Of a DNA stretch of 64,000 nt, positions 43,201 through 57,688 are shown one piece after another. Position numbers and translations under genes: made by a program. The notes under the pieces are model-generated. The model was not told the DNA's origin. It was given only the letters and a program-made list of their open reading frames with translations, and made no database searches. Origin of the DNA: Octopus sinensis (lineage: Eukaryota); NCBI RefSeq assembly GCF_006345805.1, contig NC_042997.1, positions 6,572,001-6,636,000 of the forward strand. Reading direction: 5' to 3'. Position 1 is the stretch's first letter. Each line of letters starts with the position of its first letter.

Positions 43201-44275
43201 CATAACCCGAGCAGGTTATTCTATAAATTAGGTTCTCAGAGGCACAAGTGAATTTGGTTTTTATTGCGAACCTCTTTACTTGTTTGAAAATTTTTTCACC
43301 GTCGGTTTCGTGGTTATTCTGTAAGGCTTCGCATTTGTTGAAATTCACTTTAGCAATTTGTGTTGCTTGTTGCCTTTGAATTTATGGACTTTCAGGATGT
43401 TGTTCATGTTTATGTCTCTAGTTAGTAAAGAGAGATTTTACCTCATCGTTTCTAGATTTGTGAGTTGATATATACAGTAGTGTTTTGAGATAAGGTGTGG
43501 TGTTATGTAGTGTTGTCCTTTGTGTTTTATGTCTAATTTCTTGGCATGCTTAATTCCATCGTTTATTACTGAGGGTGTATATTGCCTCTCTGTTAGTGTT
43601 TTTCTGAGGTTTTGAAGACGAAATTTCTATCAGACACTAATGTGCAAATCATTTTTGCCAAATTAAAGGGGATACTTATTTTGGTTTGTTTCGGGTGGCA
43701 TTAGCGATAAAGGAGATATTGTTTTGATTCCGTTGGGTCATGATAGTTATGCCAGTCATAATTTGGTCGTTGACTTTTCTCATAATATCCAAAAAGGGGA
43801 GCTGCCATTTGCTATATTCCATTGTGAATTGCATGCTACAGTTTATGTAATTTAGTGTTGATTTGAATTCCAAGAATTTATCAATAGGCCCCCGCCCCCA
43901 AATGATAAAACAGTCATCCAGGTATCTTTTCCAGTTTTCTCTCATGTAATGTTGAAATGGACAATCATATTTTTGCAGTGACACTTCATATATGAGGCAT
44001 TCAAAATAACTCCTTATCAGGTTCACAAGGACATGGGCTGCTATCATTCCCATCGCAATTCCGCATTTTTGAGGATAGTTGGTGTCATCAAATAGGAAAT
44101 AATTTTTCTGGAGTATACATTTTAAACATTCAATAATAAAGACCTGATTTATGCGTTTCAGAAGTACTTCGGGGTACTTTTCTAACCAGAATTTCATTAC
44201 TTTTGTTCCATAGTAATGTGGGATATTGGAGTAAAGATTGATAACATCGGAGGAAACCAATTTTGCCTTCGATTA
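43201..44275 (-). mobile_element. Decayed Penelope-like element: reverse transcriptase plus start of GIY-YIG
   Basis: SDVINLYSNIP, GIAMG, WKRYLDDCFIIW, LPFLDI; then FTCASENLIYRITCSG. Cut at both ends by SINEs. Confidence 0.92.
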
Positions 44276-44283
44276 TTTGTTTT

Positions 44284-44686
<403 letters not shown>

Positions 44687-44707
44687 TTACCACACAACCA
44701 CTCCTGC

Positions 44708-44746
<39 letters not shown>

Positions 44747-44789
44747 ATTTTAAAAATGCATTCTAGATAAACAATGACAGATAAAAACG

Positions 44790-45490
44790 TATGCGTATAA
44801 ATAAAGTACAACAGCACGGGAGACATACACTTGCATTTGTAGCCCTTCTCTTTCCCCTCTTCATTTCTTCACTTATGTTCCCTCTATTTTCTCTCTGTCG
44901 CTTTCTAATCTACCTGCTATTGACATGTAACTCGTGGCCAGCTTTTTTTCTCTCTTTTTTGAAAACCGACCAATCAGCTATTCGGGCTTGCTATTTCCAT
45001 ATCTTTTAGTATTTCTTCCAAGCGTTACTCATTATTCTTATTTCCTTTTTTTGGCCTTAAGGCTGTATTTTGCTCGTTTCCTATTTATTTCATCTTCTGT
45101 CAATCGCCTTAAATTACATTTTGTTTACTTTCATATGTCGACTGTATTTGTTTTTGTTTGTTTGCTTGAGGCAACCATCTGCGATTCTCACATGCGCCAC
45201 CAATATGGGAAGTTCTCTGTCTTCTCATTAATGGTGCGAAATTTAGTATTACCATTTTGGTTGATAACTGATGACGAATTAGGGGGCCATCTGTGTATGT
45301 CTCCCGTCCAATTGCACCCTCACATAAGTATACATTTTATATCTGTCGTTTATTTACAATGCATTTATTTATTTATACATGCATACACATATATGTATGG
45401 CCTGACGAGTAGCCTGCAGTATACACGTCACTGATACAGTTACCACTTCCGAGGATTCGATCGCTATGAAACATGCGCTTATTCCATTCC
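44790..45490 (+). mobile_element. Probable Penelope terminal repeat/3' UTR ending in a degenerate hammerhead motif
   Basis: Pyrimidine-rich tract followed by ctgacga-gtagc...gctat-gaaa; lies next to and opposite in orientation to the PLE RT. Confidence 0.45.
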
Positions 45491-45730
45491 TTTACTCTTG
45501 TATTCTTATTCACATACCCGGTTTGTCTGTAGTGAAATATAAAACGAACTTTTTCGAGCTCGACATAATTCGATAGGAAAAAATCCACATCCTTCTGACT
45601 CAACTATTGTTCCTGAAATTTGTTATTTTTTAATATTTACTACGGGTTGCTTGAAGCTAAGCATCTTCCTACACCTCGATCCTTGGATCTTACACGCACA
45701 CACACACACACCACACACACACACACACAC

Positions 45731-45793
<63 letters not shown>

Positions 45794-47752
45794 TTTCGCT
45801 GAGATAAGATCAACAAAAATGAAGATAAATATTGGTTAATGATCGCAATATATTTTTATGCGGTTCTAATAGTTTCATGCGATACAAATGACGCAGAATG
45901 TATTTTATAACACATATTGTGCTTTCATACTCATATGGCATGCTAAACTAGGACGATAGAAAAAGAAAAATTGAGAGAAAAGGGGAGGTAAATGTAAAAT
46001 GTGGAAGCGTGAGAACACTAGAAAAAGAAAAAGGATAAAGGAAAGATAAAAAGGGGGAGAATGAGAGAACTGACCGTAAAGCCAAGAGCCTGAACGGATA
46101 GGAGTCTAGAATGTGCGGTACAGCTTCTAGATTCGGAGAAAGTGCTATTTTCCAATTTGCCAACAGAAAACTCTCTTTATGATTACATCCGCTGAAAATT
46201 TCAAATCCGGAATTCAGGACGGTTGTGGAGATATTAGATCTGAAAAGTATCTGCGATCGGTCAGCTACATATATATACGCTCTTGAGAGATGTAAAATCT
46301 TTTGAAGTTTCGAATGTTCGCTCTTCTCAAGAAGCGAATGAAAACACTGAGGAGAGGAAAGGAAAAGGACACACATACACACACACACACACACAATATG
46401 GGGAAGCAGATGTGTGTGTGTGTGTGTGTGTGTGTTGTGTGTGTGTGTGTGTGTGTGTGTCTGTGAAGTTGTGCGCGCGTGTTGAGTGTGTAGATATATA
46501 TATATAGAGATAATTGTTAATCTTGGAGAAAAGAACAAATAACTGTGTCAATTCGTAAGCACTGTATTATTAAAGGAATATCATACAATTCATAAATACA
46601 GAGTGACTTGTAATTATAAATATTTTCAGTATTTTCAATCTTTTCTGTCCGCGACCTATACTCATTTGAAAATTGTTAAACAATTTATAGTGAATGAAAG
46701 TTTGTAGGTGAAACACCTGTGAAACAGAACGAATATATCAATTGCCACCGCAGAAATATACTAGAAGCACGTTAACATCTTCTTGCAAATGGACAATTTG
46801 CGAACATGAAATCTAAATAATCTTGTAACTTGAATTAGCACAAATTATACTTGGATTAAGTTGCTGAAATCACGAACCCAATAGCGAAGGCAGAAAGGTG
46901 TAAGGAAATTAAGTTGCACGTGACATTCCTATACATTGATGATTTTCTTTCAGTTTCACTAACAAGTATACGCTTGAAAAATAAAAGAAAACAACTCGAC
47001 ACGTACAGGTGTAATTCATAAAACATTTTCTTGTATTTGCTTACAATATGAATTCTTACTAACTACATGCTCAAACAAAATCTAGGCGTATATCAATTGA
47101 TATTGCAATGCACTAAAATCATAGATAATAATACAAAAGAAACCTGAACTATATCGGTCATGACGCAGCCAGTGATATATTTGTTCTTGAGTATTTTTTC
47201 TTTTGTCATTTCACCAACGATGGCAGACAAATAGTTAACCATTTACAAGCTACATGAGTCGGAATCAACGCTGTCTCACCAAGACATTATAGCTAGCGGA
47301 ATCATATGAAGCATAGTATTCTTTATCGGATAGGTAATTTTTTTCCAGGCATGTTTCAGATTAAAGTGCGATCGATTTGTTGCTTCCTCATCCGGTGTGA
47401 TGATTTCCTCTCTGTTATCCCTGTTCGTTCACTTCACACTATACAACTAGCAAGAAAGATATATTTTGAAGAATATTAGCTAATCCTCCTCTTAAATCTA
47501 GTTAATTTCTAATTGTGTACCCCTTTAATGTTATAACTGAAATTCTTATTTTTGTCTGTAACAAATTGTGCTTCATTCAAACTTTTGCTTATACGAATCA
47601 TGTTTCCTTTTTTGATGCGTACCTTGTACTTAACAACATTGAAATATCTTAAGACTGAATCTGATAGACGTCCGCGTTTCTGCAACTTCGAAAGAGTACA
47701 AGAGGTTCACAATTATATTGATGTTGACACGCATCCTAATGTTTTGCAGAGT

Positions 47753-47814
<62 letters not shown>

Positions 47815-47929
47815 ACAAATGAATAAATAAAGCATATGCATATATACATACATATTTGTACGTACCTACATCTATATGTATATATACATGCATATATGGG
47901 TACAGGACACCAAAAGAACGTTGAACACA

Positions 47930-48250
47930 ATGAGAAACGAAAACATAAACACAAAACCAAGGAAATGGACATTTTTCTTAGACAACGAAAAACAGAGTAG
48001 AAGACATACAACAAGAGGAAAATTTCCCTTCTTCAGCCGCCTCTGTTTCATCTACCCCGCATTTCGAAGGTAAAGGTGAGACACGATTTCGTTGAAACAA
48101 TCCTTCCCGCAAAAGCAAATTAAATAAAATTTGAGATTTATTTTGCGGAAGGGTAAAATTGGTAACAAAAACAGGACAGTAAAGACAGTACAAAATATAA
48201 ACAGCAAAAGACAGGACAAGGAGAATATATATATTTGAAGAAAATAAATA
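47930..48250. repeat. Unclassified interspersed repeat, related to 53090-53400
   Basis: Shared blocks ttc(t/a)tcag..atctac.cc.catttcga and ttggtaacaaaa(a)caggacag. Confidence 0.55.
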
Positions 48251-48269
48251 AAATCTCTATAGATCATCA

Positions 48270-48580
48270 GCTACAGGCAGTCCGGCGGGTTCGACGACGA
48301 TTGTTGCAGTTGATTCGATCAATGGAACAGCCTGCTCGTGGAACTGACGTGCATTTGACTGAGCACTCCAAAAACATGTGTACCTTTAGTGTAGTTCTCT
48401 AGGAGATTCAGCGATACATAGAATGTGACAAAGCTAGCCCTTTGAAATACAGATTTTACTCCTTTTTCGCCAGTTGAGTGGATTGGAGCAACGTGAAATA
48501 AAGTGTCTAGCTCATAGACACAATGTGCCGCCTGGTATTGGACTCACAACCGTATGATTGTGAGCCACGTACCTTAAAAG
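48270..48580 (-). mobile_element. Decayed SINE
   Basis: gatcaatggaacagcctgctcgtgg...gctagccctttgaaatacag joined to ggagcaacgtgaaataaagtgtc. Confidence 0.75.
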
Positions 48581-51466
48581 ACTATCAAGTACATTAGTGA
48601 GAACAGACGCATATTCACATTATATGCACAATATTTGCCCAATCTCGGCTTTCTGTTTAAAAAGATTGCTTCTCTACTTCGATGTACCAGGTAAATACTG
48701 CGTGTTACATAGAATAACTGTCTTCTACCAAAATATTTTTAAGGAATTTCAGAAGATGAATACAGCCTGAAAGCCTGTCAAAAACATTGCTTCAGTTCTT
48801 AGATAAAATTATTAACCCATCTTTCGTTTAAAATTAAACGTCCAAAAGTTTGAAAAGTTTAGAGAATTTCATATTTTAGACAGCTTTCTCCCTTGAAGGC
48901 TGTCGGGTGTGTAATTACTTTTTCTCAAGAAGTTCAGAGATACCACTTTCTTAAGTGACCATTTACAAGACGTTGCAAGATACTTACACTTTGGCTGACC
49001 ACCAACAAGCACTCTCGCTTCGGTGCGATTTTATAGTACTTTTCTTACTGTACTCCGTAAACTGAAGGGATTTTCCATAACTGTTGTAAAACCTTGAAGC
49101 GTTTTGTAAGGGACCAATTTGCAATTGTTGTTCTCTTTATATCGAATATACCTAGAAATATCTAGTGATTGAATTGAACGTTTAATTCGTCACTGAACTA
49201 TAATATCTCGCACCTCCATTAGTTCATTGCCTATTGAATCTGATACTATAGATGAAACTAATAATTTAATGACATTAAATCAGTTTAACAGCACCTAGTT
49301 TCCGTTGATATTACTTCATTCCAGTTGTAAATTTAACTAAAGCGGGGTGGGGGTAATTAATAGCGAACTTATAAACTGGGACAGTTTCGAATAAACGTAA
49401 GAAAATCTTGAATACTCAATGACCTTATATGTATACAATGTGACCATATTTATACTTTTAAATATCTAGACAACGACCACGATCTATTTCCTTCAAATGT
49501 CTGTTCATATTCGTAGATAAAAAACGACCATATCACATATTTGAAATACATCTCTACATCTCACCATTCTATTGATTTAACCTTTACTAATTCCCCCAAA
49601 ATACAACACTTCTATAATTCACAAGCAAACTGATTGTTTGTACAGAATTCCTCCTTCACCAGGCAGCAACAAATCTGGACTTTATTTTATTTGCCTGTTC
49701 AAGTTTCAATTACTTTTATCCCCGATATAATCAAACAAATTAATTCATATGCAAATGCCGTACACACAGAAAGATTGTGTACGACAGAATCAATTATCTG
49801 TTTTGTGGGAACACAGCAATCATTTCCTGTTGATACTTGCATGTGTTAAAATATTCAACAGAAATGCGAAAAGAGTAAAGATTTTACCTGGCAGCTTTAT
49901 ATTAAACAGTGCCTCATACTTTAAGAATCACATCCACTTTTCCCCAATCAACAGCTGGTTTGTAAAAATCGAATCACTCGAATCTACACATTTTAAGAAG
50001 TCTGAAACCTGAAATATGTGAAGCAGTTGCATTCAGTGATGCTGTATTGAGGAATTATATGGGGATTTCGGGGAGCACAATTTATCTCAGGTATAACAAA
50101 TACAAGCTGTATTAAGAAATTATAAGTGGATACCAGGAAACACAATTAATCTGACATACAAGAGAGATTCCCATCTCTAGACTAGAGAAGCAAGTGATAT
50201 TGTTTCTGCCTTTCAATTAAATACACCTGGAACTACAGAAAAATAAAATTCGTTCTCAAATGATAGAATATCTTAGTTAGAAGGAGGGAGAGAGATGGGG
50301 AGAGAGTGAGATAGAACAGTTCTGTAGCCAGCGGAGAACCTGGAAGTGCGTTATGATATTCTGAGAAATTATTTATGCCGAAACAACCACCTACTTCGTT
50401 CAATGGAGAAACCATTTTTTTTTACACTGTTACTGCTACAAATTAGTTTCTTCTAAACTTGAGGAATTTTAGCTTCACTAATTTAAGATTATTCCACTTC
50501 AGATTTTCATCCTTTATTACAGGAATAATCAGCTTCCATTCACAAAGTTGTTCTTCCAATAGCATCAGCAATGCCATAACGAGTCTCCTGCCTTCTACTG
50601 ACAAACTGGAATCGAACAAAGTGCGTATTTTTATTTTCGCACAATAAGTCACAGCATGTGTATATAATAATCAGTGTCAGTTAAGACATTTCAGGAAATA
50701 TTTCTACGGTTTATAAAAACTTAACGATAGTGAAGTGTTTCAGCTCTTTAAATATATATTGACAGCTATTTTAATATGTTGATAGATATTTTAAGCTTCT
50801 TGTGCAATATAAACACACTCCTCAATACTCTATCATGATATATATTTTCTCTAACTTTTCATTGCCTAGTAACTCTGACGAAAAATTGAATCATACTCTA
50901 AAAACCAATTTTGAAATGCTTGCCCCTCTGCTGTTTCCATGATCTGCTTTTGCTGCTGGCTTTGTTTAGTTCATATTATCAGCTTAAAAATCGACTTACA
51001 GTAAAATATACCACAACATTCATTCAACGTTTTATTTCGGATATTTGTATGTTTCTTTTTCTTTTAAGAACGTGATTTGAGAGACATGTGGCAGATATTT
51101 ATTGATCATCATGTGACCGCACTGAGTTTGTGACACTAAAATTGGTTTCTTACATAAATACGCACTTCACACTTTTGAATTGAAAAATCATATATATTTA
51201 CGAATGATCTTACCTGAGAAGTCCACAAAACGAAATTTAAAATAAAGATATATTTGGGCTGTTTCAAAATTTCTCCAAGTTCAATAAATAGTAGAACTCA
51301 CAAATGGGCATATACACTTTCCACGGCTATCTGAAAATACCATTTCCCAATAAAAAGTCAACTATATTCTGAATATGTGCTTAAAATGTCGGTTACCAAC
51401 GAGAAACAAACACGCCAACAAACACGCAGGCGCTCTTATAATGTGTGTTGGATTTATATATATATA

Positions 51467-51537
<71 letters not shown>

Positions 51538-53089
51538 ATGTGTGTATGTACGTGTGTATATGTACATTTACATGAGAAAATGCCTTGTGCGTGTTTGTAT
51601 TTCTCAGTGAGCATATGAAAATATATTTCCTTTCAATATTTTTAAGAATGTATGTGCATGAATATGTATGTATATTTGTCATAGTTTCTTTTACATATTT
51701 GGCATCGTGTTTGTGACACTGAAATAGGTTTCATACAAAGAAACTTTTTAACTCGATTGAAAAGCCTCTTACTTTTGCGTGATTCGTGCTTCTTTAAAGA
51801 AGTAGAAATGCTTTGAAATTATTAGTGTTTTTTTTTATTTTGTAAATGTTTTCGTAACGATAATAATACGACTCTTTAAATTTGTTTCTTAGAAAGCAAA
51901 CATGCATATGCATCAATACATATTCCAAACTAAATTGATAAAAATCAATAAAATTCTTTCGGTTTGCAGACTGCCTTTGTGATGTTATTTAAAGAAGAAA
52001 ATTAAAGTCAATATAAAGGTAATTTGCTTTGTCGAGAATAGATCAGCCAAATTGAACTCAATAAATATAACTATTTATTTTTGTTGATTTTTTCTCTTGT
52101 GTTGTTTTTAATTTCCCTGTTATCTCTTGCCACGCATGGAATTAGGTTACGGCATAAAGTGCTTCTTTAACTTATGATTTTTGATATTTTATGCTATGCA
52201 ATGTCTCACGGGGACTTTTCTTGTCTCATATACTTGCATTCGCAAGCCTGCACTGAATATAATTTATTAGATTAAAGCAGACTGCTAAACAGATATATTT
52301 GTCTTAAAAATACAAATATAGCAAACATATTTGCAAATAATTGATATTTTAATGTTTTTGCACTGCAAAATTTTAGAATATTAACATTCAGAAGTCAAAG
52401 TCAATAATTTTTATATTTATAAATGCGCCATGTCAGAATTTTTAAAGAAATATGCTATCACTATTTATAACGTGGTCATATTTCTTTTCACACACGTTAT
52501 GCAAAGTCTATTACTTGTGTCACATAACTAAAATTGCCTAAACATTTAGATTCCCACTTTTCTGCTCGAAGTGCAATATGAGAAACATGGGTAACACGAA
52601 ATGCATTGTAATATTCGTGTGCAGTATATACTTGACGTGATGAAACGAATTGAACAATGCTCTATATTGCACTACTCAGTATAATACATTTTAAAATGTA
52701 TTGTCTCAGAAGTAAAATCGAATGAAACGACAGTCGGTCTGATGGAAAAGCACAATGCTTCTGTAGGACTATGATTAAGTTCTGATATTTAATCCAGCGA
52801 GAACAACTAGAAGTAGCACATAATTATATGCATATATTTATATAGTTATATATAAATATTATGAATGTGTCAGTTTATAAAATATATATATGTATATGTA
52901 TGTAACTAGCTATAATTTCCACTTTATGTCTGTCTGTTTGTCTTTCTCTCTCCCCCTCCCTGTATATATATATATATGTGTGTGTATGTGTGTATGTGTG
53001 TGTGTGTGTGTGTTGTGTGTGTGTGTGGTTAATGGACATCACACAACGTACACAGCATGATATACGAAAACAAATGATAAAAAGACGCA

Positions 53090-53400
53090 AACAACGAGAG
53101 AAGCAAATGGAAAACAGCACAAGTAACATAAAGAACAACCTTCATCAGTTGCCGGCTGTCAATCTACTCCTCATTTCGAGCACTTATCGATATTATGTGT
53201 CTTTGAAGGCACTTGCTCCGCAAATTCCAAAATAAAATTTGGAAGTTGCGGAGGGTCAAATTTGGTAACAAAACAGGACAGTTGAGACTTAGAAGGAAAC
53301 TGAGCACACAAACATGAAGGTTCGTTAGACCAGAGGAATGTAAAATAACGAACGCTAGAGGAATATTTTCTTTGTCAAGAGAAAATATAGAAAAGGGAGG
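53090..53400. repeat. Unclassified interspersed repeat, related to 47930-48250
   Basis: Same shared blocks as 47930-48250. Confidence 0.55.
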
Positions 53401-53639
53401 GAGCGGTAGGATACGTGCAGTCTATACGACACGCCTGAAGGAAAAGAAAGATAATTACGCGAGGAAAAAGCAGATGGATGATGGTCGTGTGTGAGAAAAA
53501 GTTAGCGGGGAAGAAGGATGAGAAAGCATCTGAATAGTGGACAATTATTATCAGGATCATGATTATTTGCGACTGGTATCAAATTTCCGACACCATGACT
53601 CCTGCTCAATGCTCACTGAATACAGTAAATGTTGTAAGA

Positions 53640-54215
53640 CGTGACATGTTCATCATGAAAACCATCTTTCCCGAAAGTGTGGTCTTTAAGTGTTGCTCTG
53701 GGGAGTGTGATTTCATTCCACCCTGCATCTTCGAACAGGGTTTTAAATACAATTGAGGCAGCTTTGAGAAGCTGCTGGAGACCATGGTCAAACATTGGCT
53801 AGTGAGAGTTGCTTCTGGAAGGCCATAGGTTTCGCATCAGAGACTTGCTCTCTCTCCAGTTATTGTCGGATACTTTCCAGGTCTTCATTAGCCTCCTAGT
53901 TCCCAGCGTTTTAATCCCACAGAGTTCTATTAGTGGAGCGCGGCGGCAATGACACAAAGTGTCCTGTCTGCAATAACAAGGCCAGTCTCGTGGCTAAATT
54001 CAAGGAAGTGTTTAAAAACTTTCCCTGGCACATAAGGAGGAAAGCATGCACCAGGTTCCGGAGCCGTCTTGAGGCCCTGGTTGAAAATGTAGATGGGTAT
54101 TAAAAATAAATTGTTATTTCCCAGCCATAATCCAGTTGAGGCGTTTTCACCATTTAAAATACTTTTCTTGTTGGACTGGATACTGTGATTCGTTTTCTTT
54201 TTATGCACACTGGTA
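53640..54215 (+). mobile_element. Tc1/mariner-superfamily transposon, decayed 3' end with probable right TIR
   Basis: MKTIFPESVVFKCCSGECDFIPPCIFEQG..EKLLETMVKHWL; PPSS..FNP..Y.W; LVAKFKEVF..RKACTRFRSRLEALVE; ends ttttatgcacactgg+TA. Confidence 0.85.
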
Positions 54216-57200
54216 AATGTACCAGTATAAAAACACAATTAATCACTGATACATACATATATGCAAATACAATATATGACTAATACTTGTCATCCAGAAA
54301 ACCCGAAATATACACTTACCAGTTTAACACGTAAATAAGTTTACAATCTGTATAATTCGAGTACGAATGCGTTTATTGGTCAACACTAAAATTTGTTTTA
54401 TGATGGTAGATGAGTATCACGTAGATGACTTTGTCGACAGTTGCATGATATATGAGCACATTCTATTGATATCTAACTTCTATCTAATACATATGTGCAA
54501 TATAAATTTTAATGTTCTCAAAATAGTGAAGATTCTAAGGCTATAATTGTTTTGATGTATCTAATTTTTCCATTATTCTAATGTTTGGAGATAAAACGAT
54601 ATAATTTAACGACTTTCATCAACAACAAAATCAAATGAATTTTATTCACCTATTGATCTTTCCCAAATTAACTACTGACATTGTAACGTATGCAAGCAAA
54701 AATTCTTTCCTATGTAACTAAAGGGAGTTGGAAAATCAGACAGATATCGTGGGTGAAATCTACTCTAATATATTACTGGTAAATATTGCCTATTGGCTGT
54801 TGTGCTTAATGAAAAGAAAAAACAATTTTATAGTTTAGATATAATCTATCTGATATGCTATGCTCTTTAGTGTACTTTGATAACATTTTTATAAAGAAAA
54901 TTTCAATTATATATTGACACATACCCCATTGATTTTCTTATGTATATTGATTTGTACAATTTGTTGAACGGTACTTAAAAATTATGACTAGCGTATATGA
55001 TATTCATCGATATTGAACATAATATTGTGTACAACCTTTTCCCAACGTATATTGTTTTAATATTATATATGTGGGAAAGAAAGTGAAGTATACATGTTAT
55101 CAATTTCAAGATTGAGTTCCCTCAAATTTTGGGGAATGTCGAGTAATACATTCAAAATGTGTCTAATATAAGAATAGAATTATTCCTACTAATATATCTC
55201 GATTTAAATGAGCATATATTGAAAGACATACAGGTTACACAAAACTTCCCTGGAAGAGAGTGTAAAAGAAATATAATAACGAGTTGCAATTGAAAATTGA
55301 AGTCCTTTCGACATTTAATGTCTCATTCAATATCTGTTGTAAGTATAAATATGTTAAACTAATCTTTTACAGATATCAGTATACTACCGGAGAGGCTAAG
55401 TAAGTTTACTGAAATAGAACACCCTGAGAATTTCACAATTATTTTTAATGCCCACCGTGTAATGTATGACACGTCCACTTAGAAATCTAAGTGGGTAATT
55501 CTTCATTTGTTCACTTATTCACAGGCAGTAACGTTCAATTTTTTTCTCTCCTGTGGCCGAGCCAACTTGCTATTCACGACAGTACGAGCCGTTTTTTTCT
55601 TATCAGCAACACCGTATGAAGCGTAAAATAATCTTGTCTTCTTCCCCTCCAAGACTTATTTTAAACATCAATAAAAGCCACCAGAGTGTTTATCAATACA
55701 GCGCATCACAACCCCAAATCCTGTTTTTTCATAACCACCCATTTCATAAAAAACATGACCAAAGACTACCTTTTTACTTCAAGTTAAAAAATTATAACTA
55801 TGATGACCATTTGCTGCAACAGCTACCAAATGATGCCATTGCGGAATACCGCCGTCATATTTGGAATGATGCCGTGTTACATGATGCGCTGTATTCAAAA
55901 CATGTCTATACCGTTGCGTGGCAAATGCAGATTTCTCGGTCTGCTCCATAATATATCACAAAATTATGTTAATTTTATAAAACACTCTGCCTTCGATAAC
56001 TTATCACCTGTTACACAATGATAGTTAGATGCATTTCATGCAGTTTATGCAATATTTATCAAACATTAATTTGCAATTCTCCGTTTCCTTCACATTACAA
56101 GATGTAATAAAAATTATATATCATTCTTCTTAGATTCCTTTAAGTCCTGAGTTTTATTTCCGTCGGAGTTGGACGTGTAACCGGCCAGTCTAAAGGACAT
56201 CAGCTTAAGTGTGCAGTCACGATACACACGAAAATGCACAGTAAATATGTTTTTTTTAAATTCGGTACGAGTGACTTAATGGCAGGAAGACAAGCAGCAA
56301 AGCTTATACAAAAACAGGAAAGAAGGCAATGAGAGTTTGCAAAAAGGTATTTCAATACACATACCTACACAGTATTTTGCAGAAACAGCTAAACCTATAT
56401 TTCATTATTTGCTTACATTTTTCTCATTGTGATATACGCATTTATACACATATCTACCTCTGTGTATTTACGTGTGTATCTGTATTTATAACATATGCTC
56501 ATGTAAATGTATATGTGTATATATATATACACATGAATATATGTATCAGTGTGTCTATACATATGTGTCACTTGCTCTCTAAGCTGTTATTTACTGCTAT
56601 GTTAGTGATAAGAGAAATGTTCCATCACCAAGTTCTTATTAGCCTTCGTTAGCCCTTCATTCAGTAGGGAGATAACTGTCTTTAACTTCATAATTATGTT
56701 TCATCATAATTACGATCCATTGAAAAAGCCGTTCCAGTTAGGGTGGTTATATTTTCAGTTACTCCAGTTTCCAACTCATATGCAACCATAATAAAATGGA
56801 CAGTATATCAAAATACGATTTTTTTGTATTTTGAACTTTTATATATATTATATATTGGCCATGAAAATTTGCAATATTTTCTTATTGATTGGATACAGCA
56901 ACTGACAGACAATCATCAAAACAAATTAATGTATCTTTGTAACAGGTGAAAGTGGATGGTTTAAGAATGCAAATTTTCGTAAAGATGTTTTATACATTTT
57001 AATCCTAGACATATTAAATTTATAAAGGAATGTCACACATTAAATGTTAGGTCTGACACGGGACTTTGTTGCAACGTATATCGACTAATGCATAAGTTTT
57101 AAAAATTCTGTGCCAGGAATTAGTCAGTATTAATTAGTTAATAATTATTTTCTGATGATTAATGCACCAACACTGTGTTCCCCTGCAAACACATAGATTT

Positions 57201-57621
57201 ATCTTTTCAATATGTCTGAGAATTTGAAATTAAACTCAACCACCAATATACAAAATTAAAACAAAAATAAAACCTCTGAGTGATTTACTTACCAATGCAT
57301 AAATAGGAAGGCGATTATTTGTGGTAATGATCCTCAAACCTGAAAAAAAAATTTTAAATAATGTCATTGAAACAGATTTATGTTAAATAAATACAAGGCA
57401 ATACAGTCCAACGCAATTATCCATATAGTTATCTATTTGCACAATAGCACACACTCTTGCGTATGTAATTACAGATAGACAGACTGTCAAGCAAATATAA
57501 ATATACGTAGATAAGTAGGTAAGTTGTAAGGTAGATAGCTAGGGAGGTAGGTAGGTAGATAGATAGACAGATAGATTGATAGATAGATAGAATTATAGAA
57601 AGATACATACATATATATATA

Positions 57622-57688
<67 letters not shown>

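Noticed and set aside
48740-49200. Possible Tc1/IS630-like transposase remnant on the minus strand
   Set aside because: No catalytic motif or TIR pair could be read with confidence.
55553-55951. 132-aa ORF in unique sequence
   Set aside because: TTG start, no recognisable domain, no clear splice context.
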